From Thermoanaerobaculales bacterium (lineage in GTDB: Bacteria > Acidobacteriota > Thermoanaerobaculia > Thermoanaerobaculales > Sulfomarinibacteraceae), in NCBI GenBank assembly GCA_036351195.1, contig JAZBOQ010000024.1:26669-90668 (forward strand): a stretch of 64,000 bases of DNA, in the 5' to 3' direction. Both the position numbers and the translations under genes were made by a program. Below are positions 48,290-57,769 of this stretch, in pieces; the stretch's first letter is position 1, and every line of letters begins with the position of its first letter. The notes beneath the pieces are model-generated. The model searched no databases and was not told the origin of the DNA. It saw nothing but the letters and a program-made list of their open reading frames with translations.

Positions 48290-50721
48290 GGTGCGGTCAT
48301 GCTCCACCGCGAGGTCCCGGCCGTCTCGAAACCGTCGGCGAAGAGCAGGGCACTGTCATCGGCAAAGGCCCGGATGACGATGTCGTCGATGTGCCAGCCG
48401 TCCTCGGTGTTGCTGAAGTCGGCATCGAGGCGGAACCGGATCCGGGCGTCGGCTACCTGGTCGAGCGAGGAGATGTCGAGGACCTCTCGCGTCCAGCTCG
48501 TGCTCGCAAAACCGTCGTAGGAGGCGACGGTGGTCCAGCTCGCTCCACCGTCGGACGAGATCTCGACACGACCGTAATCATAGCCGTCCTCGAGCTCGTA
48601 GATGTGGGAAAACTCGAGAGTGGTCCCTCCGTGGCGCGAAAAATCCAGCGCCGGAGAGGTCAGCGAGATGTTCCAGTCGTCGTCGTACTCACCGCCGGGG
48701 CTGTCCGTCCAGGAGTGGGACGGGCTCGCCGAGGCCTCGTCGGTGAGAGCCCACGCCCCCTCGGCGATCCAGCCGAGGTTCCCGCCCTCCGCATCGTCGG
48801 AGAAGATCTCCGCGAATGGGCTCAGGGCGACGTCGAGGACAGTGGTCTCGCCGGCGACCGCCACCACCCCGGATACCTCGGAGCTGCCGTAGCCTTCGGC
48901 CGACGCCGTGACGTCGTAGGTGCCGGCGGGCAGCATGAGGTCATAGCTGCCGGTCGCCGGGCCCGACGCTGCGGCGAACGGCCCGGCCTTGACAACCCCC
49001 TCGACCGGAAGCCCGGTGGCGGCGTCGGTGAGCTGCCCCGCAACGTGGGCCGCGGTGGCCGGGTCGAGCACCCAGAGGTCGATGGCCCGCACCGTTCCCC
49101 AGTAACCGGCGGCGTCCTGCGCCCTCAGGAAGACGGTGTGTCGACCATCGGCCAGGCCTGCCGAAGGAAACGATGCCGTCACCGCCTCCACGCTCGAGTC
49201 GAATGCGCCGTCCGACGCGGACATGGCAACGGAGGCGGCCCCGGCCTGCCACGGCGGCACGTCAAGGTAGATTTCGGCGGCGGCGATGGTCTCGATGGAC
49301 ACGGCCGGCGTGTCTTCACCGGGCCCGAAGCGGGTGTCGTCCGCCACCGCCGTCACCGTCACCGTCTCGCCGGGAGCGGGGGCGGTCGGCAGCGCCGAAG
49401 GGGTGACGATCTCGGGGCCTGACGACTGGGTGTAGGGAGCGCGCGCCGCCCGGGCGGCGTAGAGCAAAGCCTGCAGATTGTCCGGATAGATCGTGCTCTC
49501 GAACGACGGACAGTCCTGGAAGAAGTCGGTACCGAGCTCGAAGGTGAAGGAGGGAAGACCCAGTCGGCCGTAGCCCCAGTCCTTGGTCGATCCGTCGACC
49601 GCGTAGACGCTGCCGAGGCGGGCCCAGTAACCGTTGAAGTAGGAGAACTTCCGCCCGAGGCGGTGGATCTGGCTGTCGTTGGGGACCGGTGGGTCCTGGA
49701 AACCGAAGGCGGTGAGGACGTCGCCGCCGTAGCTGTGGACGTCGATGAAAATGCCCATGGCATCGTCGGGAGCCGGAGTGACGAGATCGTCGTCCGGCCT
49801 CCAGTCGGGGAAAGAGGCCGCGACGTAGGCCTGAACCGCCTGGGCCTCAGGCTCCGACGCCGGCGACGGTCCACGGTAGGTGGAGTCGCACTCGTAGCCG
49901 CTGGAGCCGCCGCAGCAGGCCCACTGGAAGTCGAAGTTGCGATTGAGGTCGGCGCCGCGGTCGGTGGAGGTCGCGCCGCAGTAGTTCTCGTTGGTGTTCT
50001 TACGCCACGACAACCCGCTCTCGGCCTGCTTTCGCCCGTCGGGGTTGGCGACGAGCAGAAGGTGGATCTCGTGGTAGTCGAGAAGCCAGCTGACGTCGGG
50101 ATCGACGCCGTACTCGGCGAGGAGGTGCTCGGCGAACCGGGTGACGGTCTCGGCGGTGGTGAGCTCGCGGGCGTGGATCGAGCCCATCACCCAGAGCTTG
50201 GGCTTGTCGCCGGTGGGAATTCCGTTGGTTTCGTTGGTCAGCCGGAGCACCATGAGGTCATAGCCCGGACTCCCACCCGGAGATGTTTTCTCCCACGAGT
50301 CGCCGATGTCCATCCACTCGGCCAGGTCCGGGTGCGCCGCGGCCATCGCGGCGCCGGCGGCCAGGGTTTCTTCCACCGTCCTGTAGCAGGGGTAACCGGG
50401 AATGCCTTCGGCCTGGTCCTTCAGCCGGGCCATGGGCCGGCTGTAGCGTTCGCTGCGCTCGCCATCGATCTCGTAGAGGAAGCCCAACTCCTCCAGAGCG
50501 GCGAGGCCTTCGGCATCGACGCCGGCATCGAGGACCCCCTTCTCCGGATGGTAGGCCCACACATCGAGCTGCTGCGCCAAGAAATCGACCTCGGTTTCAT
50601 CGCCGACGTTGACAATGACGACAAAGAGGTCGAGATCGGAGGGATCGGCGGCTGCTGCATACGGCACAAAGAACGCAGCAACCGCAAGGCACATCAGCAG
50701 CATCTGGGTCACGAGTCGCAT
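48286..50721 (-). CDS. Secreted M14 zinc carboxypeptidase (carboxypeptidase T-like), multidomain
   Basis: HARE, WRKN, DLNRN, SEPE, DVHSYG, FTFELG; C-terminal LFADGFETAG...W. Confidence 0.92.
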   Translation of the reverse strand: MRLVTQMLLMCLAVAAFFVPYAAAADPSDLDLFVVIVNVGDETEVDFLAQQLDVWAYHPEKGVLDAGVDAEGLAALEELGFLYEIDGERSERYSRPMARLKDQAEGIPGYPCYRTVEETLAAGAAMAAAHPDLAEWMDIGDSWEKTSPGGSPGYDLMVLRLTNETNGIPTGDKPKLWVMGSIHARELTTAETVTRFAEHLLAEYGVDPDVSWLLDYHEIHLLLVANPDGRKQAESGLSWRKNTNENYCGATSTDRGADLNRNFDFQWACCGGSSGYECDSTYRGPSPASEPEAQAVQAYVAASFPDWRPDDDLVTPAPDDAMGIFIDVHSYGGDVLTAFGFQDPPVPNDSQIHRLGRKFSYFNGYWARLGSVYAVDGSTKDWGYGRLGLPSFTFELGTDFFQDCPSFESTIYPDNLQALLYAARAARAPYTQSSGPEIVTPSALPTAPAPGETVTVTAVADDTRFGPGEDTPAVSIETIAAAEIYLDVPPWQAGAASVAMSASDGAFDSSVEAVTASFPSAGLADGRHTVFLRAQDAAGYWGTVRAIDLWVLDPATAAHVAGQLTDAATGLPVEGVVKAGPFAAASGPATGSYDLMLPAGTYDVTASAEGYGSSEVSGVVAVAGETTVLDVALSPFAEIFSDDAEGGNLGWIAEGAWALTDEASASPSHSWTDSPGGEYDDDWNISLTSPALDFSRHGGTTLEFSHIYELEDGYDYGRVEISSDGGASWTTVASYDGFASTSWTREVLDISSLDQVADARIRFRLDADFSNTEDGWHIDDIVIRAFADDSALLFADGFETAGTSRWSMTAP

Positions 50722-51004
50722 CCGGCTCCTCCATCTCCGACCACGAGGTCCGGTCCAGAGATGGTAGCAGCGCGGGGGATCGCCGGATTCACCGCAACGC
50801 GATCCTGCGGACGGGGACGCTCACACCACAACCGCCGAATCGGGCTGAGCCAGATGCTGCGGACATCGCATCGGGAACGGGATCGGGAACGGGACCGGGA
50901 TCGATCGGCCACGGTCATCGGCCACAGATTCGGACGCGGACGCGGACGCGGGCACGGCCATCGGATACGGTCATCGGGTACGGATACCGACAAAACCCCG
51001 GATC

Positions 51005-51034
51005 TTGACAAATCGGACATCGAGGTCCTAATAT
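51005..51034 (+). promoter_or_regulatory. Promoter with overlapping palindromic operator upstream of rrf2-cco
   Basis: TTGACA-18 nt-TAATAT enclosing GGAC-N6-GTCC. Confidence 0.6.
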
Positions 51035-51042
51035 CTCTGTCA

Positions 51043-51519
51043 ATGCTGACCCGCAGCTCCGAGTACGCCGTTCGCGCCCTCTCCCTGCTCGCCCTGAGCG
51101 CTGGTGACGAAGCTCTGCACGCCGCCGAGATCGCCGCGAAGCTGGACCTGCCGCCGCAGTTCCTGACCAAGATCCTCCGCCGGCTCACCGCCACCGATAT
51201 CGTGAGCTCGCAGCGGGGCCGGGCCGGTGGCTTTCGGCTGACCCGCGCCGCCGACGAGGTCACCCTCCTCGAGGTGGTCGGTCCGTTCCAAGATGGACTC
51301 ACAGACGTCGAGTGCCTGCTTGGGCAGTCCGACTGCACTGACCCCGACGCGTGTCCACTGCACGGCCCCATGGCCGAGATCCGACGGATCTTCCGCGATC
51401 TTCTGGCCGGCACGACCCTGGCCGACGTGGCCGAACGGGCGATCCGCACCCCGGCGCATCGCCCGCCCGACATCGATGACCTGGAGGCGACGACATGCGG
51501 CAGGCCGCCGCTGCCATGA
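51043..51519 (+). CDS. Rrf2-family transcriptional regulator
   Basis: SEYAVRAL, FLTKILRRL, SQRGRAGGFRL, CLLGQSDCTDPDACPLH (three Cys). Confidence 0.92.
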   Translation: MLTRSSEYAVRALSLLALSAGDEALHAAEIAAKLDLPPQFLTKILRRLTATDIVSSQRGRAGGFRLTRAADEVTLLEVVGPFQDGLTDVECLLGQSDCTDPDACPLHGPMAEIRRIFRDLLAGTTLADVAERAIRTPAHRPPDIDDLEATTCGRPPLP

Positions 51520-51529
51520 GGACGAACCC

Positions 51530-53812
51530 ATGAACATTCAACTCGAGCAGTACAGCTACGACGACGCCATCGTTCGCCGATTCACCCTGGTGACGGTGAT
51601 CTGGGGAGTGGTCGGAATGCTGGTCGGCCTCCTGGTCGCCCTGCAGTTGGCGGCGCCGTTCTTCAACTTCACGCCGCTGCCATGGCTGACCTTCGGCCGC
51701 CTGCGACCGCTCCACACCAACGCGGTGATCTTCGCTTTCACCGCCAACGCGATCTTCGCCGGGGTCTACTACTCCACCCAACGGCTCTTGAAGACATCGA
51801 TGTTTTCGAAGACGCTCAGCAACCTGCACTTCTGGGGATGGCAGCTGATCATCGTCGCCGCCGCCGTCACACTGCCCTTGGGGATCACCCAGAGCAAAGA
51901 GTACGCCGAGCTGCAGTGGCCCATCGACATCGCCATCGCCGTGGTGTGGATCATCTTCGCGATCAACTTCTTCGGCACCATCGCGCGGCGCCGCGAGCGC
52001 CACCTCTATGTGGCCATCTGGTTCTACATCGCCACCATCGTCACGATCACGGTGCTGCACGTCTTCAACAACCTGGCAGTCCCCGCCGGCCTGCTGCGCT
52101 CCTATCCCATCTACGCCGGCGTCCAGGACGCCTTCATGCAGTGGTGGTACGGCCACAACGCCGTCGGCTTCCTGCTGACGACACCGTTGTTGGGCATCAT
52201 GTACTACTTCATGCCCAAGGCCGCCGACCGGCCGGTGTTCTCCTACCGGCTCTCCATCATCCACTTCTGGACCCTGGTCTTCATCTACATCTGGGCCGGT
52301 CCGCACCACCTGCACTACACCGCCCTGCCGGCCTGGGCCTCCACCCTGGGAATGCTGTTCTCGGTGATGCTGTGGATGCCGTCCTGGGGCGGCATGCTCA
52401 ACGGTCTGCTCACCCTGCGGGGCGCCTGGCACAAGGTGGCCTCGGACCCGGTGCTCAAGTTTTTCGTCGTCGCGGTGACCTTCTACGGCATGTCGACCTT
52501 CGAGGGCCCGCTGCTCTCGGTGAAGTCCGTCAACATGCTCTCCCACTACACCGACTGGACCATCGCGCACGTCCACGCCGGCGCCCTCGGCTGGGTGGGT
52601 TTCATCACCTTCGGCATGATCTACTGGCTGCTGCCCCGGCTCTATCAGACCGAGCTGTGGTCCACCAAGCTGGCCGAGGTCCACTTCTGGCTCGGCACCT
52701 TCGGCATTCTTCTCTACATCGTCTCCATCTACGCCGCGGGCCTGACCCAGGGCCTGATGTGGCTCGCCTTCGACGAGGAGGGTTACCTCAAGTACGGCGA
52801 CTTCGTGGAGACCACGCTGCGCCTGATCCCCATGTACTGGGTGCGAGTCATCGGAGGCGCCGCGTACCTGGCGGGCGTGCTGCTGCTGGGCGTCAACATG
52901 CTCATGACCTGGCGGTCCAGGCCGCAGACGCTGGCGGTTCCGGTCCACGAGGCGCCCGCCCTGACCACAGACTACGTCGACCATCCCGAACCTACCTCGC
53001 CGCTGGTCGCGTCGGGAACCCACGTGGCCAACGTCGCCTACACTCTCGACCGCTTCTTCCGCACCACCTGGCACCGCAAGTGGGAGCGGCTTCCCTTGAA
53101 GCTCACCGTGATGGTCACCATCGCGGTGGTCGTCGCCTCGCTCTTCGAGATCATCCCGACTTTCTTGATCAAGTCCAACGTGCCGACCATCGCCACCGTG
53201 ACGCCGTACACGCCCCTGGAGCTCGCCGGACGCGACATCTACATCTCGGAAGGCTGCTACAACTGCCACTCGCAAATGGTTCGGCCGCTCCGGGCCGAGA
53301 CCGAGCGCTACGGCGAGTACTCCAAGCCCGGGGAGTTCGTCTACGACCACCCGTTCCAATGGGGATCGCGGAGGATCGGCCCTGACCTCCACCGGGTGGG
53401 CGGAAAATACCCGGATCTCTGGCACGTCCGCCACATGGACGATCCGCGCGCCATCACTCCCGGATCGATCATGCCGGCCTACCCCTGGATGCTCGACACC
53501 GACACCGACTTCGACAGCATCCCGGTGGTCATGCGGGCGCACCAGATCCTCGGCGTTCCCTACAGCGACGCCGAGATCGCCGGCGGCATCGACGCGGCCC
53601 GGCGCCAGGCCGAGGCCATGGCCGCCGAGGTGGTGGTCCAGGGCGGGCCCGACGGCCTCGCCGACACGCAGGTCATCGCGCTGACCGCCTACCTCCAGCG
53701 CCTGGGCACCGACATCGCCAAACCGGCGCCGGTGGCCGCGGAAGAGGAGACCGGCGAGGTTCCGGCCGAGGCCGTCGCCTCCGGCGCCGGTCGCGGAGAG
53801 GATGCGTCATGA
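51530..53812 (+). CDS. ccoN: cbb3-type cytochrome c oxidase fused subunits I/II (CcoN-CcoO)
   Basis: FGRLRPLHTNAVIFAF, QWWYGHNAVGF, GPHHLHYT, HVHAG, then EGCYNCHSQMVRP, WGSRRIGPDL. Confidence 0.96.
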   Translation: MNIQLEQYSYDDAIVRRFTLVTVIWGVVGMLVGLLVALQLAAPFFNFTPLPWLTFGRLRPLHTNAVIFAFTANAIFAGVYYSTQRLLKTSMFSKTLSNLHFWGWQLIIVAAAVTLPLGITQSKEYAELQWPIDIAIAVVWIIFAINFFGTIARRRERHLYVAIWFYIATIVTITVLHVFNNLAVPAGLLRSYPIYAGVQDAFMQWWYGHNAVGFLLTTPLLGIMYYFMPKAADRPVFSYRLSIIHFWTLVFIYIWAGPHHLHYTALPAWASTLGMLFSVMLWMPSWGGMLNGLLTLRGAWHKVASDPVLKFFVVAVTFYGMSTFEGPLLSVKSVNMLSHYTDWTIAHVHAGALGWVGFITFGMIYWLLPRLYQTELWSTKLAEVHFWLGTFGILLYIVSIYAAGLTQGLMWLAFDEEGYLKYGDFVETTLRLIPMYWVRVIGGAAYLAGVLLLGVNMLMTWRSRPQTLAVPVHEAPALTTDYVDHPEPTSPLVASGTHVANVAYTLDRFFRTTWHRKWERLPLKLTVMVTIAVVVASLFEIIPTFLIKSNVPTIATVTPYTPLELAGRDIYISEGCYNCHSQMVRPLRAETERYGEYSKPGEFVYDHPFQWGSRRIGPDLHRVGGKYPDLWHVRHMDDPRAITPGSIMPAYPWMLDTDTDFDSIPVVMRAHQILGVPYSDAEIAGGIDAARRQAEAMAAEVVVQGGPDGLADTQVIALTAYLQRLGTDIAKPAPVAAEEETGEVPAEAVASGAGRGEDAS

Positions 53813-54093
53813 AGCTCTCGGACATCATGGGTGAGGCCGGGTTCGTCACCTGGGCGGAGGCCGGTCTGATCGTGAGTCTCGTCACCTTCACGGCCATTTT
53901 GATCTACGTCTTTGTCATCAGGAGCCGTGCCTCCTTCGAGAAGGCACGGCTCCTGCCCTTGAGCGAAGACGAGGGAGGGTGCCAGGTCCGCAGTTCCGCA
54001 GTTGCCCGGAACCACGGAACAGCCGAACCACCAGTCACATCATCAGGCAACGGCGGAACTGCGGACCTGGCACCCCGAGAGGTTTCCTCATGA
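53809..54093 (+). CDS. ccoQ: cbb3 oxidase subunit CcoQ, extended by an in-frame palindromic insert
   Basis: Single TM plus FEKARLLPLSED; position between ccoNO and ccoP. Confidence 0.75.
   Translation: MKLSDIMGEAGFVTWAEAGLIVSLVTFTAILIYVFVIRSRASFEKARLLPLSEDEGGCQVRSSAVARNHGTAEPPVTSSGNGGTADLAPREVSS
53977..54075. repeat. 99-bp palindromic element inside ccoQ
   Basis: 30-bp inverted repeats with one mismatch (GGGTGCCAGGTCCGCAGTTCCGCAGTTGCC). Confidence 0.85.
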
Positions 54094-54716
54094 GCCACGA
54101 AGCCCCCACCGACGATCACCTCCTCGAGCACTCCTACGACGGGATCCAGGAGTACGACAACCCGCTGCCGCGCTGGTGGCTGGCCATCTTCTGGCTCTGC
54201 ATCGCCTTTGCACCCTTGTACGTCCTCTTTTTCCACTTCGGCCCCGGCCTCTTGGCCCACGAGCGCTACGACCGGGCGATGATGATCGCCACGGAGAAGC
54301 AGATGGCGGCGATCCTGGCCATGGGCGAGATCAACGAGCCGCTCCTGGTGAACCTCATGGACGATCCCAGCATGGTCAACGGCGGCAAGAAGGTCTTCGC
54401 GGCCAAGTGTGCGACCTGCCACGGGGTGTTCGGAGAAGGGGGCATCGGGCCCAACCTCACCGATGACCACTGGCTCCACGGCGCCCAGCTCATGGACATC
54501 TACCGCACCGTCCGCGAAGGCGTCCCCGACAAGGGGATGTTGGCCTGGGAGCGCCAGCTGAGGCCGGCCGAGCTGCTCGCCGTCAGCGCCCACGTCGGCA
54601 CGCTCCTCGGCAGCGACCCGCCCAACGCAAAAGACCCTCAAGGCGATCAGGTCGAGCGAACGGTGCCCGAACCCGTCGTTGAAGAAGAAGGAGAGACCGC
54701 CGAGGGGGGGGCGTGA
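54090..54716 (+). CDS. ccoP: cbb3 oxidase subunit CcoP (monoheme)
   Basis: HSYDGIQEYDNPLPRWW, CATCH, GPNLTDDHWLHG. Confidence 0.92.
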   Translation: MSHEAPTDDHLLEHSYDGIQEYDNPLPRWWLAIFWLCIAFAPLYVLFFHFGPGLLAHERYDRAMMIATEKQMAAILAMGEINEPLLVNLMDDPSMVNGGKKVFAAKCATCHGVFGEGGIGPNLTDDHWLHGAQLMDIYRTVREGVPDKGMLAWERQLRPAELLAVSAHVGTLLGSDPPNAKDPQGDQVERTVPEPVVEEEGETAEGGA

Positions 54717-54718
54717 TC

Positions 54719-54816
54719 GTGCCAGGTGAAACAAAGTTGACAATCTCCCATCTGCGGTTGCCGGATCGCCGGTGCCGTAGCCGGGAGGAGATTGCTGACT
54801 ATGTTTCACCTGGCAC
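54719..54816. repeat. 98-bp palindromic element between ccoP and ccoG
   Basis: GTGCCAGGTGAAACAAAGT...ACTATGTTTCACCTGGCAC with inner CAATCTCC/GGAGATTG. Confidence 0.8.
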
Positions 54817-54831
54817 CTACGAGGTTTCTGC

Positions 54832-56229
54832 ATGATGCAACCGACCTCCAACGCTCCGGAGGCGCGGGAGCAGGTCCTGTCGACCATGAACCGGGACGGC
54901 TCTCGCCGGCGGATCCGGCCCAAGCTCTCCAAGGGGCGATACCACCGGCGGCGGCGGATCACCGCATGGGCGCTGATCCTCACCTTCTCCCTGATGCCGA
55001 TCCTCAGGCTCAACGGCAAGCCGCTCATGCTCTTCGATATCGGACGGCGGGAGTTCACCCTCTTCGGCGCCACCTTCTTGCCCACCGACACCTTCTTGCT
55101 GATGCTGCTCCTGTTCAGCATCTTCGTCGGGATCTTTCTGGTCACCGCCGTCCTGGGCCGGGTGTGGTGCGGCTGGGCCTGCCCGCAGACGGTCTACATG
55201 GAATTCGTCTACCGGCCTCTCGAGCTGCTGGTGGAGGGCGGGCGCGGCCGCCAGCTCGCGACCGATCGCTCGGGCTTGTCGGCACGACGGGTCATCAAGA
55301 ACGTGGTCTTTCTCGTCGTATCGGCATTCCTGGCCAACACCTTCCTCGCCTACTTCGTGGGATGGGAGCGGCTACTCAATTGGATGACCAGCCCGCCCAC
55401 CGACCACCCCGCCGCCTTCGGCGTAATGCTCTTCACCACCCTGCTCATGTTCGCCGACTTCGGCTGGTTCCGCGAGCAGACCTGCATCCTGGTATGTCCC
55501 TACGGCCGCTTCCAGTCAGTGCTCCTGGATCGGCAATCCCTCATCGTCGGCTACGACGTGGCCCGCGGTGAGCCGCGGGAGAAGATCCGCAGGAACGTCG
55601 AGCCGTCGGGGGGCGACTGCATCGACTGCGGTCGCTGCGTCGCCACCTGCCCCACCGGCATCGACATCCGGGACGGCGGCCTGCAGATGGAGTGCGTCGC
55701 CTGCACCCAGTGCATCGATGCCTGCGACGAGGTCATGGCTCGCGTCGGCAGGCCGCCGGGCCTGGTGCGGTACACCTCCCAGGCCGAGCTCGAGACCGGC
55801 ACCACGACGTTCCTCCGGCCGCGGCTCGTGGTCTACACCGCCGTTCTGAGCATCATGTTCGGCGCCCTCGCCATCTCGCTGGCGGGCAAGGCCAGCGCCG
55901 ACGTCACCCTGCTCCGCGGGCTCGGGGCGCCGTTCCAGACCCTGCAGACGGGCGCCATCTCCAACCAGGTCCGGATCAAGATCGCCAACCGCTCCGCAGA
56001 GGAGCGCAGCTACCGCTTCGAGCTCCTGAAGGCGGAAGGGCTGATCATGATCGCCCCCGAAAACCCGCTGACGGTGCCCGCCGGGGAGACGTTCACCACC
56101 GCAGCGTTCATCAATGCGGACCCGTCGGCCTTCACCGCCGGCGAGCTCGAAATCACCCTCAGGATCAGCGATGGCGTCGACTTCGAAAAGGTGCGGACGT
56201 ATCGACTGTTGGGGCCAACCGGTTCATGA
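54832..56229 (+). CDS. ccoG: Cytochrome c oxidase accessory protein CcoG
   Basis: GRVWCGWACPQTV, CPYGRFQS, CIDCGRCVATCP, CVACTQCIDAC. Confidence 0.95.
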   Translation: MMQPTSNAPEAREQVLSTMNRDGSRRRIRPKLSKGRYHRRRRITAWALILTFSLMPILRLNGKPLMLFDIGRREFTLFGATFLPTDTFLLMLLLFSIFVGIFLVTAVLGRVWCGWACPQTVYMEFVYRPLELLVEGGRGRQLATDRSGLSARRVIKNVVFLVVSAFLANTFLAYFVGWERLLNWMTSPPTDHPAAFGVMLFTTLLMFADFGWFREQTCILVCPYGRFQSVLLDRQSLIVGYDVARGEPREKIRRNVEPSGGDCIDCGRCVATCPTGIDIRDGGLQMECVACTQCIDACDEVMARVGRPPGLVRYTSQAELETGTTTFLRPRLVVYTAVLSIMFGALAISLAGKASADVTLLRGLGAPFQTLQTGAISNQVRIKIANRSAEERSYRFELLKAEGLIMIAPENPLTVPAGETFTTAAFINADPSAFTAGELEITLRISDGVDFEKVRTYRLLGPTGS

Positions 56230-56395
56230 CGATGGCTGACACTTCCTCGACGGCGAAGCCAGAAAGACTGGGGCTCGAATCGATCCCGATCACGATCACG
56301 ATCCCGTTCCCGACCGGTAGATTCGGGATCGGAAACGGGAGCGGGATCGGGAGCGATCCGTTTTTCGAGGTAGTCGTGTTCCGGGAGGACGAACG

Positions 56396-56890
56396 ATGAA
56401 GATCAAACCCTCGGTCTTCTGGCCCGCCGTCATCGCCGGCGCCCTCGCGCTGCACGTGGCGGCAATGATGGTGATGGTCTCCATCGCCACCTCCAACGAC
56501 AGCTACGCCGTCGAGCCGGACTACTACCGCAAGTCGCTGGCCTGGAACGAGAAGCAGGCGCAGGACCGGCGCAACGCCGAGCTCGGCTGGAGCCTGGACT
56601 TCGTCGTCGAACCCGCGTCTCCCGGCGGCGAGCCGGGCCTCCAGGTCACCCTGGTCGATGCCGACGGCTCACCGCTCGACGGCGCCGAGGTCGCCGTCGA
56701 GGCCTTTTCCAACATTCGGCGGAACGACATCCTCACGGCGACATTGATCATCGGCGACGGTGCCGCGGCGACCACCCTACCCATGCGACGCGACGGCCTC
56801 TGGGAGTTCCGCTTCTCCGTCACGCGAGGCTCTGACGTCTTCACCCATCGAGAGACGCGGCACATCTGGACGCAAATATCCGATGAATGA
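56396..56890 (+). CDS. ccoH: FixH/CcoH-family protein
   Basis: N-terminal TM, VEPDYYRKSLAWN, LGW, GLWEF; follows ccoG. Confidence 0.82.
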   Translation: MKIKPSVFWPAVIAGALALHVAAMMVMVSIATSNDSYAVEPDYYRKSLAWNEKQAQDRRNAELGWSLDFVVEPASPGGEPGLQVTLVDADGSPLDGAEVAVEAFSNIRRNDILTATLIIGDGAAATTLPMRRDGLWEFRFSVTRGSDVFTHRETRHIWTQISDE

Positions 56891-56988
56891 TGAGTTGTGA
56901 ATTATGAATTATGAATTGCGTCGCACGGGACCCTCAGCGCCAACGCAGACACGAATGCGATGTCATTCATCATTCATCATTCATCATT
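56883..56988. repeat. Inverted heptamer arrays flanking CGTCGCA-30 nt-TGCGATG
   Basis: ATGAAT(G/T) units ... (TCATTCA)n; same architecture as 24305-24414. Confidence 0.8.
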
Positions 56989-57013
56989 CGCCTTGGCTTG
57001 GACCACCACGACA

Positions 57014-57763
57014 ATGCTCACGCTACTGACCACGGTCTTCCTCGCGAGCCTCGTCGGCAGCCTCCACTGCGTCGGCATGTGCGGCGGCTTCGTGGCCTTC
57101 TACTCCGGGGCCGACGGCTCCGGCGGCTCCCGCCGCCTGTTGAGCCACGCAGCCTACTCCGGCGGCCGGCTCGCAGCCTACGCGACCCTCGGAATGGCGG
57201 CGGGGTTGGTCGGCGCGGCGCTCGACGTGGCCGGTTCTCTCGCCGGGTTCCAACGTTCCGCGGCGGTGGTCGCGGGAGCGATCATGGTGACCTGGGGCGT
57301 GCTCGCCCTGCTGCGGATCGGCGGGGTCAAGATCTTCCGCCATGGATCCGGGTCGACGATCTCGAGGTGGCTCGGGCGCGGCATTTCCCTGGTGGGGCAA
57401 CGACCACCCTTGGTCCGCGCCGCGGTGGTGGGCCTGCTCTCGGGCGCCCTGCCGTGCGGCTGGCTGTGGGCCTTTGTCGTCACCGGCGCCGGCACCGGCT
57501 CCGCCCTGGGCGGCGCCGCGGTGATGACCGCCTTCTGGGCGGGAACCGTGCCGGTTCTCTTCGCCCTCGGGCTCGGCGCCCAGGTCGTGGCGGTCCCCCT
57601 CCGGCGGCACATCCCCGCCGTCACCGCCCTCATCCTGGTCGGACTTGGCCTCTACGCCATCGTCGGCCGTCCAACCACCGCCATCGCCACGATGGCGAAG
57701 CATCGGTCTGCGACGGTTGCGGTGCCGTCGGCCGACGACGCCCCTCCCTGCTGCGGCGAGTGA
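57014..57763 (+). CDS. DsbD_2/TauE-like membrane protein of cbb3 maturation clusters
   Basis: GSLHCVGMCGG, GRLAAY, LPCGWLW, FWAGTVP. Confidence 0.88.
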   Translation: MLTLLTTVFLASLVGSLHCVGMCGGFVAFYSGADGSGGSRRLLSHAAYSGGRLAAYATLGMAAGLVGAALDVAGSLAGFQRSAAVVAGAIMVTWGVLALLRIGGVKIFRHGSGSTISRWLGRGISLVGQRPPLVRAAVVGLLSGALPCGWLWAFVVTGAGTGSALGGAAVMTAFWAGTVPVLFALGLGAQVVAVPLRRHIPAVTALILVGLGLYAIVGRPTTAIATMAKHRSATVAVPSADDAPPCCGE

Positions 57764-57769
57764 CGCGCG

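Noticed and set aside
51299-53542. Long antisense or alternate-frame ORFs (747 aa here; also 9450-11150, 31013-32569, 58333-60147)
   Set aside because: Shadow ORFs of GC-rich genes with no recognisable motifs, overlapping well-supported CDSs.
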